Below are positions 48,173-60,183 of a DNA stretch of 64,000 nt, piece by piece. Positions within the stretch are counted from its first letter, which is position 1, and each line of letters opens with the position of its first letter. The stretch is taken from sequence record PZ452591.1. The stretch is one strand, 5' to 3'. Made by a program: the position numbers and the translations under genes. The stretch is from a phage. The notes beneath the pieces were generated by a model. It saw nothing but the letters and a program-made list of their open reading frames with translations, had not been told where the DNA came from and did no database searches.

Positions 48173-49883
48173 TAACCTTAATTGGTTTGTTGGTGTTGTT
48201 GAAGATAGAATGGACCCATTAAAATTAGGTCGTGTTCGTGTTCGTGTGGTTGGTCTGCATCCACCTCAAAGAGCACAAGGCGATGTAATGGGTATTCCAA
48301 CTGAAAAATTACCATGGATGTCAGTTATTCAACCTATAACTTCTGCAGCAATGTCTGGAATTGGAGGTTCTGTTACTGGACCGGTAGAAGGAACTAGAGT
48401 TTATGGTCATTTTTTAGACAAATGGAAAACTAACGGAATTGTCCTTGGCACGTATGGTGGAATAGTTCGCGAAAAACCGAATAGACTTGAAGGATTTTCT
48501 GACCCAACTGGGCAATATCCTAGACGTTTAGGAAATGATACTAATGTATTAAACCAAGGCGGAGAAGTAGGATATGATTCGTCTTCTAACATTATCCAAG
48601 ATAGTAACTTAGACACTGCAATAAATCCCGATGATAGACCACTATCAGAGATTCCAACCGATGATAATCCAAATATGTCAATGGCTGACATGCTTCGCCG
48701 TGATGAAGGATTAAGACTAAAAGTTTATTGGGATACTGAAGGATATCCGACAATTGGTATTGGTCATCTTATCATGAAGCAGCCAGTTCGTGATATGGCT
48801 CAAATTAATAAAGTTTTATCAAAACAAGTTGGTCGTGAAATTACTGGAAACCCAGGTTCTATTACGATGGAAGAGGCGACGACTTTATTTGAACGTGATT
48901 TGGCTGATATGCAACGGGACATTAAATCACATTCTAAAGTAGGACCAGTCTGGCAAGCTGTCAACCGTTCTCGTCAAATGGCGTTAGAAAATATGGCATT
49001 TCAAATGGGTGTTGGCGGTGTAGCTAAATTTAACACAATGTTAACTGCTATGTTAGCCGGAGATTGGGAAAAAGCATATAAAGCAGGTCGTGATTCATTG
49101 TGGTATCAACAAACAAAAGGCCGTGCATCCCGTGTTACCATGATTATTCTTACGGGGAATTTGGAATCATATGGTGTTGAAGTGAAAACCCCAGCTAGGT
49201 CTCTATCAGCAATGGCTGCTACTGTAGCTAAATCTTCTGACCCGGCTGACCCTCCTATTCCAAATGACTCGAGAATTTTATTCAAAGAACCAGTTTCTTC
49301 ATATAAAGGTGAATATCCTTATGTGCATACAATGGAAACTGAAAGCGGACATATTCAGGAATTTGATGATACTCCTGGGCAAGAACGATACAGATTAGTT
49401 CATCCGACTGGAACTTATGAAGAAGTATCACCGTCAGGAAGAAGAACAAGAAAAACTGTTGATAATTTGTATGATATAACCAACGCTGATGGTAATTTTT
49501 TGGTAGCCGGTGATAAAAAGACTAACGTCGGTGGATCAGAAATTTATTACAACATGGATAATCGTCTTCACCAAATAGATGGAAGCAATACAATATTTGT
49601 ACGTGGCGATGAAACTAAGACGGTTGAAGGTAATGGAACTATCCTAGTTAAAGGTAATGTTACTATTGTAGTTGAAGGTAATGCTGACATCACAGTTAAA
49701 GGAGATGCTACCACTTTAGTTGAAGGTAATCAAACTAATACAGTAAATGGAAATCTTTCTTGGAAAGTTGCTGGGACAGTTGATTGGGACGTTGGTGGTG
49801 ATTGGACAGAAAAAATGGCATCTATGAGTTCTATTTCATCCGGTCAATACACAATTGATGGATCGAGGATTGACATTGGCTAA
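48156..49883 (+). CDS. 5: baseplate hub / tail-associated lysozyme gp5
   Basis: 575 aa; central lysozyme domain DEGLRLKVYWDTEGYPTIGIGHL; C-terminal VxGxxxxx beta-helix repeats. Confidence 0.9.
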   Translation: MEMISNNLNWFVGVVEDRMDPLKLGRVRVRVVGLHPPQRAQGDVMGIPTEKLPWMSVIQPITSAAMSGIGGSVTGPVEGTRVYGHFLDKWKTNGIVLGTYGGIVREKPNRLEGFSDPTGQYPRRLGNDTNVLNQGGEVGYDSSSNIIQDSNLDTAINPDDRPLSEIPTDDNPNMSMADMLRRDEGLRLKVYWDTEGYPTIGIGHLIMKQPVRDMAQINKVLSKQVGREITGNPGSITMEEATTLFERDLADMQRDIKSHSKVGPVWQAVNRSRQMALENMAFQMGVGGVAKFNTMLTAMLAGDWEKAYKAGRDSLWYQQTKGRASRVTMIILTGNLESYGVEVKTPARSLSAMAATVAKSSDPADPPIPNDSRILFKEPVSSYKGEYPYVHTMETESGHIQEFDDTPGQERYRLVHPTGTYEEVSPSGRRTRKTVDNLYDITNADGNFLVAGDKKTNVGGSEIYYNMDNRLHQIDGSNTIFVRGDETKTVEGNGTILVKGNVTIVVEGNADITVKGDATTLVEGNQTNTVNGNLSWKVAGTVDWDVGGDWTEKMASMSSISSGQYTIDGSRIDIG

Positions 49884-49917
49884 TATACTTCCAATGAGCG
49901 CTGATTTAGGAGAATCC

Positions 49918-50412
49918 ATGGAAGGTTCTTCTATCGACGTCACCTTTACCGCTCAATTAGAAACAGGTGAAACGTTAGTATCTATAAATATAACTAGTTA
50001 CGAAGAAACTCCTGGGGTTTTAGTAGAAGAAAATCGCTTATATGGAACATATGAATCTGTGTTTGGATTTGGAAATGACGCGTTGAAATATCGTTTAGGC
50101 GATGAATTTAAAACTGCTGCTTCATGGGAAGAACTTCCTACTGATTCTGATACTCAGTTGTATTTGTGGAAAGCTCCTCAGAACCTCCAGAAGACATTCA
50201 CTTACGAAGTAACATTAATATATGACTACCAAGAACAAAATGAATCTGGAGGTTCTGGCAGTAATTCTAGGTCATCCTCTGATACTACTGAACCGACGGA
50301 TCCTCCTGCTCCAGTAAGAAAAACTCTAGTTAAAAATTACACAAAAACTATAGTTGGAAATTGGAGTCGTTGGGCTAATAAATTAAGAAGCTATGTATAT
50401 GAGAGGTCATAA
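49918..50412 (+). CDS. 5.1: baseplate-associated protein gp5.1 (start uncertain)
   Basis: ORF opens at TTG 49855; ATG at 49918 has strong SD GGAGA. Confidence 0.5.
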
Positions 50413-50706
50413 ATGTCAGGATTGAGTTATGATAAGTGTGTTACTGCTGGCCATGAAGCGTGGCCTCCAACAGTTGTGAATGCTACGCAAAGTAAAGTAT
50501 TCACTGGAGGAATTGCTGTTCTAGTAGCAGGCGATCCAATTACAGAACATACAGAAATTAAAAAGCCATATGAAACACATGGCGGAGTGACACAACCTAG
50601 AACTTCTAAGGTATATGTCACTGGAAAGAAAGCTGTTCAAATGGCTGATCCAATATCATGCGGTGATACTGTGGCTCAGGCATCATCTAAAGTATTCATT
50701 AAATAG
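50413..50706 (+). CDS. 5.4: PAAR-repeat spike tip protein gp5.4
   Basis: 97 aa Gly/Val-rich with conserved Cys/His, T4 gp5.4 size and position. Confidence 0.8.
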
Positions 50707-50714
50707 GATTTAAA

Positions 50715-52697
50715 ATGGCAAATACCCCTGTAAATTATCAATTAACAAGAACAGCAAATGCTATTCCCGAGATATTCGTCGGGGGTACGTTTGCTGAAAT
50801 AAAACAAAACCTCATTGAATGGCTTAATGGCCAAAATGAATTTTTGGATTATGATTTTGAAGGCTCAAGATTAAACGTTCTGTGTGACCTTTTAGCTTAT
50901 AATACATTGTACATTCAACAGTTTGGTAATGCTGCTGTGTATGAAAGCTTTATGCGTACTGCTAACTTACGAAGTTCAGTTGTTCAAGCTGCACAAGATA
51001 ATGGATATTTACCTACTTCAAAATCCGCTGCGCAGACCGAAATTATGTTAACATGTACTGACGCATTGAATAGGAATTACATCACAATTCCTCGCGGAAC
51101 TCGCTTTTTAGCATATGCAAAAGATACTTCTGTTAATCCATATAACTTCGTTTCTACCGAAGACGTTATTGCTATTCGTGATAAAAATAACCAATATTTT
51201 CCGCGTTTAAAATTGGCCCAGGGACGTATAGTAAGAACTGAAATCATTTATGATAAATTGACACCTATTATCATTTATGATAAAAATATTGATAGAAACC
51301 AGGTTAAATTATATGTTGATGGAGCGGAATGGATTAACTGGACGAGAAAGTCAATGGTTCATGCTGGTTCAACATCAACGATTTACTATATGCGTGAAAC
51401 TATTGATGGAAACACTGAATTCTATTTTGGTGAAGGTGAAATTTCTGTTAATGCTTCTGAAGGAGCTTTGACCGCTAATTATATCGGAGGTCTCAAACCT
51501 ACTCAGAACTCTACGATTGTTATTGAGTACATTAGTACTAATGGTGCTGACGCGAACGGAGCAGTCGGATTTTCATACGCAGATACATTAACAAATATAA
51601 CTATCATCAATATTAATGAAAATCCAAACGGTGACCCAGATTTTGTTGGGGCAGATGGTGGCGGTGATCCAGAAGATATTGAGCGTATTCGCGAATTGGG
51701 TACTATTAAACGCGAAACCCAGCAACGATGCGTAACTGCAACTGACTATGATACATTCGTTTCAGAGAGATTTGGTTCTATTATTCAAGCTGTTCAGACT
51801 TTCACTGATTCTACTAAACCTGGGTATGCATTTATTGCTGCTAAACCTAAATCAGGATTGTATTTAACTACTGTACAACGTGAAGATATTAAAAATTATC
51901 TCAAAGACTATAATTTAGCTCCTATTACGCCATCAATTATTTCTCCTAATTATCTTTTTATTAAGACTAATTTAAAAGTCACATATGCTTTAAATAAACT
52001 GCAAGAATCCGAGCAGTGGCTTGAAGGTCAAATAATTGATAAAATTGATCGCTATTATACCGAAGATGTAGAAATTTTTAACTCGTCTTTCGCTAAATCT
52101 AAGATGTTGACATATGTAGATGATGCAGATCATTCTGTCATTGGTTCATCAGCGACTATTCAAATGGTTCGTGAAGTACAAAACTTCTATAAAACGCCTG
52201 AAGCGGGTATTAAATACAATAATCAAATAAAAGATCGTTCTATGGAATCTAATACGTTTTCATTTAATTCTGGACGAAAGGTTGTAAATCCTGATACTGG
52301 TTTAGAAGAAGATGTATTATATGATGTTCGTATAGTATCAACAGACCGAGATTCTAAAGGAATTGGTAAAGTTATTATTGGTCCATTTGCTTCTGGCGAT
52401 GTTACAGAAAATGAAAACATTCAGCCATATACAGGCAATGATTTTAATAAATTAGCAAATTCTGATGGACGCGACAAATACTATGTTATCGGTGAAATAA
52501 ATTATCCGGCTGGCATGATTTATTGGAATATCGCTAAAATTAATTTAACATCTGAAAAATTTGAGGTTCAGACTATTGAATTATATTCTGACCCAACCGA
52601 TGATGTTATCTTTACCCGTGATGGTTCACTGATTGTATTTGAAAATGATTTACGTCCGCAATACTTAACTATCGATTTGGAGCCTATATCACAATGA
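50715..52697 (+). CDS. 6: baseplate wedge protein gp6
   Basis: 660 aa, T4 size and synteny. Confidence 0.85.
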   Translation: MANTPVNYQLTRTANAIPEIFVGGTFAEIKQNLIEWLNGQNEFLDYDFEGSRLNVLCDLLAYNTLYIQQFGNAAVYESFMRTANLRSSVVQAAQDNGYLPTSKSAAQTEIMLTCTDALNRNYITIPRGTRFLAYAKDTSVNPYNFVSTEDVIAIRDKNNQYFPRLKLAQGRIVRTEIIYDKLTPIIIYDKNIDRNQVKLYVDGAEWINWTRKSMVHAGSTSTIYYMRETIDGNTEFYFGEGEISVNASEGALTANYIGGLKPTQNSTIVIEYISTNGADANGAVGFSYADTLTNITIININENPNGDPDFVGADGGGDPEDIERIRELGTIKRETQQRCVTATDYDTFVSERFGSIIQAVQTFTDSTKPGYAFIAAKPKSGLYLTTVQREDIKNYLKDYNLAPITPSIISPNYLFIKTNLKVTYALNKLQESEQWLEGQIIDKIDRYYTEDVEIFNSSFAKSKMLTYVDDADHSVIGSSATIQMVREVQNFYKTPEAGIKYNNQIKDRSMESNTFSFNSGRKVVNPDTGLEEDVLYDVRIVSTDRDSKGIGKVIIGPFASGDVTENENIQPYTGNDFNKLANSDGRDKYYVIGEINYPAGMIYWNIAKINLTSEKFEVQTIELYSDPTDDVIFTRDGSLIVFENDLRPQYLTIDLEPISQ

Positions 52698-55600
52698 CAG
52701 TAAAAGCACCTTCAGTCACTAGTCTCAGAATTTCCAAGTTATCCGCAAATCAGGTGCAAGTACGCTGGGATGACGTTGGTGCTAATTTCTACTATTTTGT
52801 AGAAATCGCTGAGACAAAAACAGACTCGGGGGAAAATCTCCCGAGTGATCAATATCGTTGGATTAATTTAGGATATACAGCAAACAATAGTTTCTTTTTT
52901 GATGATGCTGATCCACTAACATCATACATCATTAGAGTAGCTACAGCTGCACAAGATTTTGAGCAATCTGATTGGGTTTATACGGAAGAGTTTGAAACTT
53001 TTGCTACGAATGCTTACACATTTCAAAACATGATTGAAATGCAATTAGCCAATAAATTCATTCAGGAAAAATTTACTCTTAACAATTCTAATTATGTCAA
53101 TTTTAATAATGACACTATAATGGCTGCATTGATGAATGAATCGTTCCAATTCAGCCCATCATATGTTGATGTTTCATCAATCAGTAATTTTATTATTGGT
53201 GAAAATGAGTATCATGAAATACAAGGTTCCATTCAGCAAGTATGTAAGGATATTAACCGAGTTTATTTGATGGAATCAGAAGGGATTCTATATCTTTTTG
53301 AGCGTTATCAACCCGTGGTTAAAGTATCTAATGATAAAGGACAAACCTGGAAAGCTGTAAAGCTCTTCAATGACCGTGTAGGATATCCTTTATCTAAGAC
53401 AGTATATTACCAATCTGCAAACACAACATACGTTCTAGGATACGACAAGATTTTCTACGGCCGTAAATCTACTGATGTTAGATGGTCAGCTGATGATGTC
53501 AGATTTAGTTCGCAGGATATAACATTTGCTAAACTTGGTGACCAATTGCATCTAGGATTTGATGTAGAAATTTTTGCCACTTACGCGACTTTACCAGCGA
53601 ATGTATACCGCATTGCAGAAGCTATTACTTGCACCGATGATTACATTTACGTTGTCGCCAGAGATAAAGTTAGATACATAAAAACGAGTAATGCACCTAT
53701 AGATTCTGATCCATTATCTCCAACATATTCGGAAAGACTTTTTGAACCTGATACAATGACTATAACTGGAAATCCTAAAGCAGTATGCTATAAAATGGAT
53801 TCTATCGGTGATAAAGTTTTTGCTCTTATTATTGGTGAAGTTGAAACATTAAATGCCAATCCGAGAACTTCAAAAATAATTGATTCTGCTGATAAAGGAA
53901 TATATGTTTTAAATCATGACGAAAAAACATGGAAAAGAGTTTTCGGTAATACCGAAGAAGAAAGAAGACGTATTCAACCCGGATATGCGAATATGTCAAC
54001 TGACGGTAAATTAGTTTCTCTATCTTCGAGTAATTTTAAATTTTTAAGTGATAACATTGTTAATGACCCTGAAACTGCAGCAAAATATCAGTTAATCGGT
54101 GCTGTTAAATATGAATTTCCTCGTGAATGGTTAGCTGATAAGCATTATCATATGATGGCATTTATAGCGGATGAAAAATCTGATTGGGAGACTTTTACTC
54201 CTCAACCAATGAAATACTACGCAGAACCGTTCTTTAACTGGTCTAAAAAATCTAACACACGCTGTTGGATAAACAATTCTGATAGAGCTGTAGTAGTTTA
54301 TGCTGATTTAAAATACACTAAAGTTATAGAAAATATTCCGGAAACATCACCAGATAGATTAGTTCATGAATACTGGGATGATGGTGATTGCACTATAGTA
54401 ATGCCAAATGTTAAATTCACTGGATTTAAAAAATATGCATCAGGAATGCTTTTCTATAAAGCCTCTGGTGAAATAATTTCTTACTATGATTTTAACTATC
54501 GTGTGAGAGATACAGTAGAAATTATTTGGAAGCCGACTGGAGTATTTTTAAAAGCATTTTTACAAAACCAAGAGCATGAGACTCCTTGGTCACCAGAAGA
54601 AGAGCATGGATTAGCTGATCCTGATTTAAGACCATTAATTGGCACAATGATGCCTGATTCTTATTTGTTGCAGGATTCGAATTTTGAGGCATTTTGCGAA
54701 GCATATATTCAGTATCTTTCTGATGGATATGGAACTCAGTATAACAATTTACGAAATTTAATTCGTAATCAGTATCCACGAGAAGAGCATGCATGGGAAT
54801 ATTTGTGGTCAGAGATATATAAAAGAAACATTTATTTGAACGCGGATAAGCGAGATGCTGTTGCAAGATTTTTTGAATCACGTAGCTATGATTTTTATTC
54901 TACTAAAGGAATTGAAGCATCATACAAGTTTCTTTTTAAAGTTCTTTATAATGAAGAAGTTGAAATTGAAATTGAATCTGGGGCTGGTACTGAATATGAC
55001 ATAATCGTTCAATCTGATTCTTTGACTGAAGATTTAGTAGGACAAACGATTTATACAGCCACAGGAAGATGTAATGTTACTTATATAGAAAGAAGTTATT
55101 CTAATGGTAAATTGCAATGGACCGTAACTATTCATAATCTTTTGGGAAGATTAATTGCTGGTCAAGAAGTTAAAGCAGAAAGACTCCCTAGTTTTGAAGG
55201 CGAAATTATTCGTGGAGTTAAAGGAAAGGATTTGCTTCAAAACAATATAGACTATATTAATAGAAGTAGATCATACTATGTAATGAAAATTAAATCCAAT
55301 TTACCTTCTTCCCGCTGGAAATCTGACGTTATTCGTTTTGTTCATCCAGTAGGATTTGGATTTATAGCAATTACCCTTTTAACGATGTTTATTAATGTTG
55401 GTTTAACTCTTAAACATACAGAGACTATAATTAATAAATACAAAAACTATAAATGGGATTCTGGATTGCCTACTGAATATGCTGATAGAGTAGCTAAATT
55501 AACTCCAACCGGTGAAATTGAGCATGATTCAGTAACAGGCGAAGCAATTTATGAGCCTGGCTCAATGGCTGGTGTAGAATATCCTCTTCCTGATGACTAT

Positions 55601-55792
55601 AATGCTGAAAATAATAATTCAATATTTCAAGGTCAATTGCCGTCTGAACGACGTAAATTAATGAGTCCCCTATTTGATGCTTCTGGAACAACATTTGCGC
55701 AATTTAGGGATTTAGTTAATAAACGTCTAAAAGATAATATAGGAAATCCAAGAGACCCTGAAAATCCAACACAGGTTAAAATAGATGAATGA
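52694..55792 (+). CDS. 7: baseplate wedge protein gp7
   Basis: 1032 aa, ATGA overlap with gene 6. Confidence 0.85.
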   Translation: MTVKAPSVTSLRISKLSANQVQVRWDDVGANFYYFVEIAETKTDSGENLPSDQYRWINLGYTANNSFFFDDADPLTSYIIRVATAAQDFEQSDWVYTEEFETFATNAYTFQNMIEMQLANKFIQEKFTLNNSNYVNFNNDTIMAALMNESFQFSPSYVDVSSISNFIIGENEYHEIQGSIQQVCKDINRVYLMESEGILYLFERYQPVVKVSNDKGQTWKAVKLFNDRVGYPLSKTVYYQSANTTYVLGYDKIFYGRKSTDVRWSADDVRFSSQDITFAKLGDQLHLGFDVEIFATYATLPANVYRIAEAITCTDDYIYVVARDKVRYIKTSNAPIDSDPLSPTYSERLFEPDTMTITGNPKAVCYKMDSIGDKVFALIIGEVETLNANPRTSKIIDSADKGIYVLNHDEKTWKRVFGNTEEERRRIQPGYANMSTDGKLVSLSSSNFKFLSDNIVNDPETAAKYQLIGAVKYEFPREWLADKHYHMMAFIADEKSDWETFTPQPMKYYAEPFFNWSKKSNTRCWINNSDRAVVVYADLKYTKVIENIPETSPDRLVHEYWDDGDCTIVMPNVKFTGFKKYASGMLFYKASGEIISYYDFNYRVRDTVEIIWKPTGVFLKAFLQNQEHETPWSPEEEHGLADPDLRPLIGTMMPDSYLLQDSNFEAFCEAYIQYLSDGYGTQYNNLRNLIRNQYPREEHAWEYLWSEIYKRNIYLNADKRDAVARFFESRSYDFYSTKGIEASYKFLFKVLYNEEVEIEIESGAGTEYDIIVQSDSLTEDLVGQTIYTATGRCNVTYIERSYSNGKLQWTVTIHNLLGRLIAGQEVKAERLPSFEGEIIRGVKGKDLLQNNIDYINRSRSYYVMKIKSNLPSSRWKSDVIRFVHPVGFGFIAITLLTMFINVGLTLKHTETIINKYKNYKWDSGLPTEYADRVAKLTPTGEIEHDSVTGEAIYEPGSMAGVEYPLPDDYNAENNNSIFQGQLPSERRKLMSPLFDASGTTFAQFRDLVNKRLKDNIGNPRDPENPTQVKIDE

Positions 55793-56789
55793 TTCAAGTG
55801 TTATCTATCGTGCGATAGTTACTTCAAAATTTAGAACAGAAAAAATGTTGAATTTTTATAATTCAATTGGAAGTGGTCCGGATAAAAACACTATCTTTAT
55901 CACATTTGGAAGATCAGAACCGTGGTCATCAAATGAAAATGAGGTGGGCTTTGCCCCACCTTATCCAACCGATTCTGTATTAGGCGTAACTGACATGTGG
56001 ACGCATATGATGGGAACAGTAAAGGTTCTTCCATCAATGCTTGACGCAGTTATTCCTCGTCGAGATTGGGGAGATACTAGATATCCGGATCCATACACAT
56101 TTAGAATTAACGATATTGTAGTGTGTAACTCAGCTCCTTACAACGCTACTGAATCAGGCGCAGGCTGGTTAGTATATCGTTGTTTAGATGTTCCTGATAC
56201 TGGAATGTGTTCAATCGCATCTTTAACTGATAAGGATGAATGCCTTAAATTAGGCGGAAAATGGACACCTTCTGTTAGGTCAATGACTCCTCCTGAAGGT
56301 CGAGGAGATGCTGAAGGAACAATTGAACCTGGGGACGGGTATGTATGGGAATATCTTTTTGAGATTCCGCCTGATGTATCTATAAATAGATGCACGAATG
56401 AATATATCGTGGTTCCTTGGCCTGAGGAATTAAAAGAAGACCCGACTAGATGGGGATATGAAGATAATCTCACTTGGCAACAAGATGATTTTGGATTAAT
56501 TTACCGGGTTAAGGCAAATACTATCCGTTTTAAAGCATATTTAGATTCAGTTTATTTTCCTGATGCTGCATTGCCAGGAAATAAAGGATTTAGACAAATA
56601 TCAATAATCACGAATCCTCTTGAAGCTAAAGCTCATCCAAATGACCCAAACGTTAAAGCTGAAAAGGATTATTATGATCCAGAAGATTTAATGAGGCATT
56701 CGGGCGAAATGATTTATATGGAAAATAGGCCACCTATTATCATGGCAATGGATCAAACAGAAGAAATCAATATTCTGTTTACATTTTAA
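55785..56789 (+). CDS. 8: baseplate wedge protein gp8
   Basis: 334 aa; followed by hairpin terminator. Confidence 0.85.
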   Translation: MNDSSVIYRAIVTSKFRTEKMLNFYNSIGSGPDKNTIFITFGRSEPWSSNENEVGFAPPYPTDSVLGVTDMWTHMMGTVKVLPSMLDAVIPRRDWGDTRYPDPYTFRINDIVVCNSAPYNATESGAGWLVYRCLDVPDTGMCSIASLTDKDECLKLGGKWTPSVRSMTPPEGRGDAEGTIEPGDGYVWEYLFEIPPDVSINRCTNEYIVVPWPEELKEDPTRWGYEDNLTWQQDDFGLIYRVKANTIRFKAYLDSVYFPDAALPGNKGFRQISIITNPLEAKAHPNDPNVKAEKDYYDPEDLMRHSGEMIYMENRPPIIMAMDQTEEINILFTF

Positions 56790-56795
56790 ATTAAG

Positions 56796-56818
56796 GGAGC
56801 CCATGGCTCCCTTTTTTC
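56796..56818 (+). terminator. intrinsic terminator after gene 8
   Basis: GGGAGCC-CATG-GCTCCC hairpin followed by TTTTTT on plus strand. Confidence 0.7.
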
Positions 56819-56820
56819 TT

Positions 56821-56828
56821 TATAAATA
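56821..56828 (+). promoter_or_regulatory. late promoter (TATAAATA) for gene 9
   Basis: Exact TATAAATA 25 nt upstream of gene 9 ATG, just after terminator. Confidence 0.65.
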
Positions 56829-56852
56829 TTATAAACTCATAAGGAAACCGCT

Positions 56853-57719
56853 ATGTTCATTCAAGAACCAAAGAAATTGATTGATACCGGCGAAATTGGT
56901 AACGCTTCTACTGGTGATATCTTATTCGACGGTGGTAATAAAATTAATAGTGATTTTAACGCAATTTATAATGCGTTTGGCGATCAGCGTAAAATGGCAG
57001 TAGCAAATGGCACTGGAGCAGATGGTCAAATTATCCATGCTACTGGGTATTATCAAAAACACTCTATTACAGAGTACGCAACTCCAGTGAAAGTTGGCAC
57101 TAGACATGATATTGATACCTCTACTGTAGGTGTTAAAGTTATTATTGAAAGAGGCGAACTCGGCGATTGTGTTGAATTCATTAACTCTAATGGATCAATA
57201 TCAGTTACTAATCCTTTAACAATTCAAGCTATTGATTCAATTAAAGGTGTTTCAGGTAATTTAGTAGTAACTAGCCCATATAGTAAAGTAACTTTACGCT
57301 GTATTTCATCTGATAATTCTACATCGGTTTGGAATTATTCTATTGAAAGTATGTTTGGACAAAAGGAATCACCAGCTGAAGGTACATGGAATATTTCTAC
57401 ATCCGGATCAGTTGATATTCCACTATTTCATCGCACTGAATACAATATGGCTAAATTGTTAGTTACGTGCCAATCGGTAGATGGAAGAAAAATTAAAACG
57501 GCAGAAATAAATATTCTTGTAGATACTGTTAATTCAGAAGTCATTTCTTCTGAATATGCTGTCATGCGGGTTGGAAATGAAACAGAAGAAGACGAAATCG
57601 CTAATATTGCATTTAGTATTAAAGAAAATTATGTAACGGCAACTATAAGTTCTTCAACTGTCGGTATGAGAGCAGCAGTTAAAGTTATCGCTACGCAGAA
57701 AATCGGGGTGGCTCAATAA
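56853..57719 (+). CDS. 9: baseplate wedge / long tail fibre socket protein gp9
   Basis: 288 aa, late promoter upstream. Confidence 0.85.
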   Translation: MFIQEPKKLIDTGEIGNASTGDILFDGGNKINSDFNAIYNAFGDQRKMAVANGTGADGQIIHATGYYQKHSITEYATPVKVGTRHDIDTSTVGVKVIIERGELGDCVEFINSNGSISVTNPLTIQAIDSIKGVSGNLVVTSPYSKVTLRCISSDNSTSVWNYSIESMFGQKESPAEGTWNISTSGSVDIPLFHRTEYNMAKLLVTCQSVDGRKIKTAEINILVDTVNSEVISSEYAVMRVGNETEEDEIANIAFSIKENYVTATISSSTVGMRAAVKVIATQKIGVAQ

Positions 57720-59524
57720 TGAAACAAAATATTAATATCGGTAATGTTGTAGATGATGGTACCGGTGACTACCTGCGTAAAGGTGGTATAAAAATAAATG
57801 AAAACTTTGATGAGCTTTATTACGAGCTTGGTGATGGAGATGTTCCATATTCAGCCGGTGCCTGGAAAACTTATAATGCTTCATCAGGACAAACATTAAC
57901 AGCAGAATGGGGAAAATCATATGCTATTAACACTTCATCTGGAAGAGTAACTCTACAACTTCCTAAAGGAACCGTTAATGATTATAATAAAGTAATTAAA
58001 GCTAGGGATGTATTTGCAACATGGAATGTTAATCCAGTTACTCTAGTAGCCGCTTCTGGTGATACTATTAAAGGATCATCGTCATCAGTTGAAATTAATG
58101 TTCAATTTAGCGATTTAGAGTTAGTTTATTGTGCTCCAGGACGTTGGGAATATGTCAAAAACAAACAAATTGACAAAATTATTAGTTCAGATATTAGTAA
58201 TGTAGCACGTAAAGAATTTTTAGTCGAAGTTCAAGGACAAACAGACTTTTTAGATGTTTTCCGCGGAACTAGCTATAATGTTAATAACATCCGAGTAAAA
58301 CACCGTGGTAATGAATTATATTACGGCGATGTATTTAGTGAAAACAGTGACTTTGGCTCTCCTGGGGAAAATGAAGGAGAATTGATTCCTCTTGATGGAT
58401 TTAATATTAGGTTAAGACAGCCTTGTAATATTGGTGACACTGTTCAAATTGAAACATTTATGGATGGTATATCACAATGGAGAAGTTCATATACAAGACG
58501 CCAAATAAAAGTATTAGATTCAAAATTAACGTCAAAAACTTCTTTAGAAGGAAGTATTTACGTTACTGATTTATCAACAATGAAATCAATTCCATTCTCT
58601 GCATTTGGATTAATTCCTGGAGAACCTATTAATCCTAATTCTCTTGAAGTTCGTTTTAATGGAATTTTACAACAACAAGCTGGAACAGCAGGATATCCTC
58701 TGTTTTTGTGTGAAGGTGCTAACTCAGATACGCAAGCAGGATGTATATCTCTTGGTGGTGAATGGAAAGAATCGAACACAGATTATTCTATAGAATATGA
58801 AGATGGAAAACCTGTCAGTCTTTTATTTGATAGAAAATTTGAATCAGGTGATATAATCGTTATAACATGGTTTAATAATGATTTAGGAACTCTTTTAGAA
58901 AAAGATGACATTATTGAATTAACTGATGACCGTTATGTTAGTAAAGGATCATCTACTGAAGTTACTGGTGATGTAGCCTTAACAGATTTTGATAAAATCG
59001 GTTGGCCAAATGTTGAAAAAGTTGATTCTTATACTAGAACGTATAATTCAATATCATCTATTTTCGATAGCATTTATCCTGTTGGTTCAATTTATGAAAA
59101 TGCTATAAACCCAAATAATCCGGTGACTTATATGGGATTTGGTTCATGGAAATTATTTGGTAAAGGGCAGGTTTTAGTAGGATGGAATGATGATGTTACA
59201 GATCCAAACTTTGCATTGAACAATAATGATTTAGATTCTAGCGGAAATCCTTCACATACCGCCGGTGGAACAGTTGGTACAACATCAGTAACGCTTGAAA
59301 ACGCAAATCTTCCTGCGACTAAAACTGATGAAAGAGTTTTAATTGAAGACGAAAATGGATCAGTTATTATTGGAGGATGTCAATATGACCCAGACGAAAC
59401 TGGTCCTATGTATACAAAATATCGTGAAGACTACGCAACAACAAACTCTTCACATACTCCTCCTACTAATATTAGTAATATTCAACCGTCTATTACTGTA
59501 TACCGTTGGATAAGGATTGCATAA
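57719..59524 (+). CDS. 10: baseplate wedge protein gp10
   Basis: 601 aa, TAATG overlap with gene 9. Confidence 0.85.
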   Translation: MKQNINIGNVVDDGTGDYLRKGGIKINENFDELYYELGDGDVPYSAGAWKTYNASSGQTLTAEWGKSYAINTSSGRVTLQLPKGTVNDYNKVIKARDVFATWNVNPVTLVAASGDTIKGSSSSVEINVQFSDLELVYCAPGRWEYVKNKQIDKIISSDISNVARKEFLVEVQGQTDFLDVFRGTSYNVNNIRVKHRGNELYYGDVFSENSDFGSPGENEGELIPLDGFNIRLRQPCNIGDTVQIETFMDGISQWRSSYTRRQIKVLDSKLTSKTSLEGSIYVTDLSTMKSIPFSAFGLIPGEPINPNSLEVRFNGILQQQAGTAGYPLFLCEGANSDTQAGCISLGGEWKESNTDYSIEYEDGKPVSLLFDRKFESGDIIVITWFNNDLGTLLEKDDIIELTDDRYVSKGSSTEVTGDVALTDFDKIGWPNVEKVDSYTRTYNSISSIFDSIYPVGSIYENAINPNNPVTYMGFGSWKLFGKGQVLVGWNDDVTDPNFALNNNDLDSSGNPSHTAGGTVGTTSVTLENANLPATKTDERVLIEDENGSVIIGGCQYDPDETGPMYTKYREDYATTNSSHTPPTNISNIQPSITVYRWIRIA

Positions 59525-60183
59525 TGAGTTTACTTAATAATAAAGCGGGAGTTATTTCCCGCTTAGCAGATTTTCTTGGTTTTAGAACTAAGAAAAATGA
59601 TATTTCGGTTATGAATAATCAGCCGGTAGGCGCTGTAACAATTTCACAAATAGCAAAAGGTTTTTATGACCCAAATGTAGAATCTGCTATCAATGATGTT
59701 AGAAATATGGCAGAGCAACAGGTTGGAGCTGTATTAATTAATATAAGCGGCGTATCTCCTACTGGAGTGCAACAAACAGACTATTGGTCATTTGAAGGAA
59801 CTGTTACTGATACTTCAGCCAAACCAGGTGACCCAGTTATTGTTAACATGTTTGGTATTCCAGTTAAAGCTACTAACGGAATGACTTCAATCGAATTTAC
59901 CAGTGCCGTTAGAACAGCTCTGCAGGAAATGGTTGCAAAATTTATTGCAATTGATTCATTTGAAGACCATCCTACCATAGGAAATAAAATACAAGTTAAG
60001 TATTTAGATAACCAAGAACATATCTTAGAACAATACTCTGATAAAGGAATTACTTTCAAACAAGAAATAATTTCTCCTTCTAAACCTGGATATGGAACTT
60101 GGCAATTATTAGGTGCGCAAACTGTCACGTTAGATAGTCACACACAACCTACAGTATTTTATTATTTTGAGAGAATAGCATGA
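59524..60183 (+). CDS. 11: baseplate wedge protein gp11 (short tail fibre attachment)
   Basis: ATG at 59524 overlapping gp10 stop gives 219 aa. Confidence 0.85.
   Translation: MSLLNNKAGVISRLADFLGFRTKKNDISVMNNQPVGAVTISQIAKGFYDPNVESAINDVRNMAEQQVGAVLINISGVSPTGVQQTDYWSFEGTVTDTSAKPGDPVIVNMFGIPVKATNGMTSIEFTSAVRTALQEMVAKFIAIDSFEDHPTIGNKIQVKYLDNQEHILEQYSDKGITFKQEIISPSKPGYGTWQLLGAQTVTLDSHTQPTVFYYFERIA

Noticed and set aside
48407-48691. Minus-strand ORFs inside the plus-strand structural genes (48407-48691, 50427-50621, 52223-52420, 54522-54881, 55494-55694, 56138-56473, 56922-57107, 57732-57920, 58558-58779, 59781-60128, 62870-63061, 63666-63902)
   Set aside because: Embedded antisense in long, conserved baseplate and fibre genes; no independent signals.
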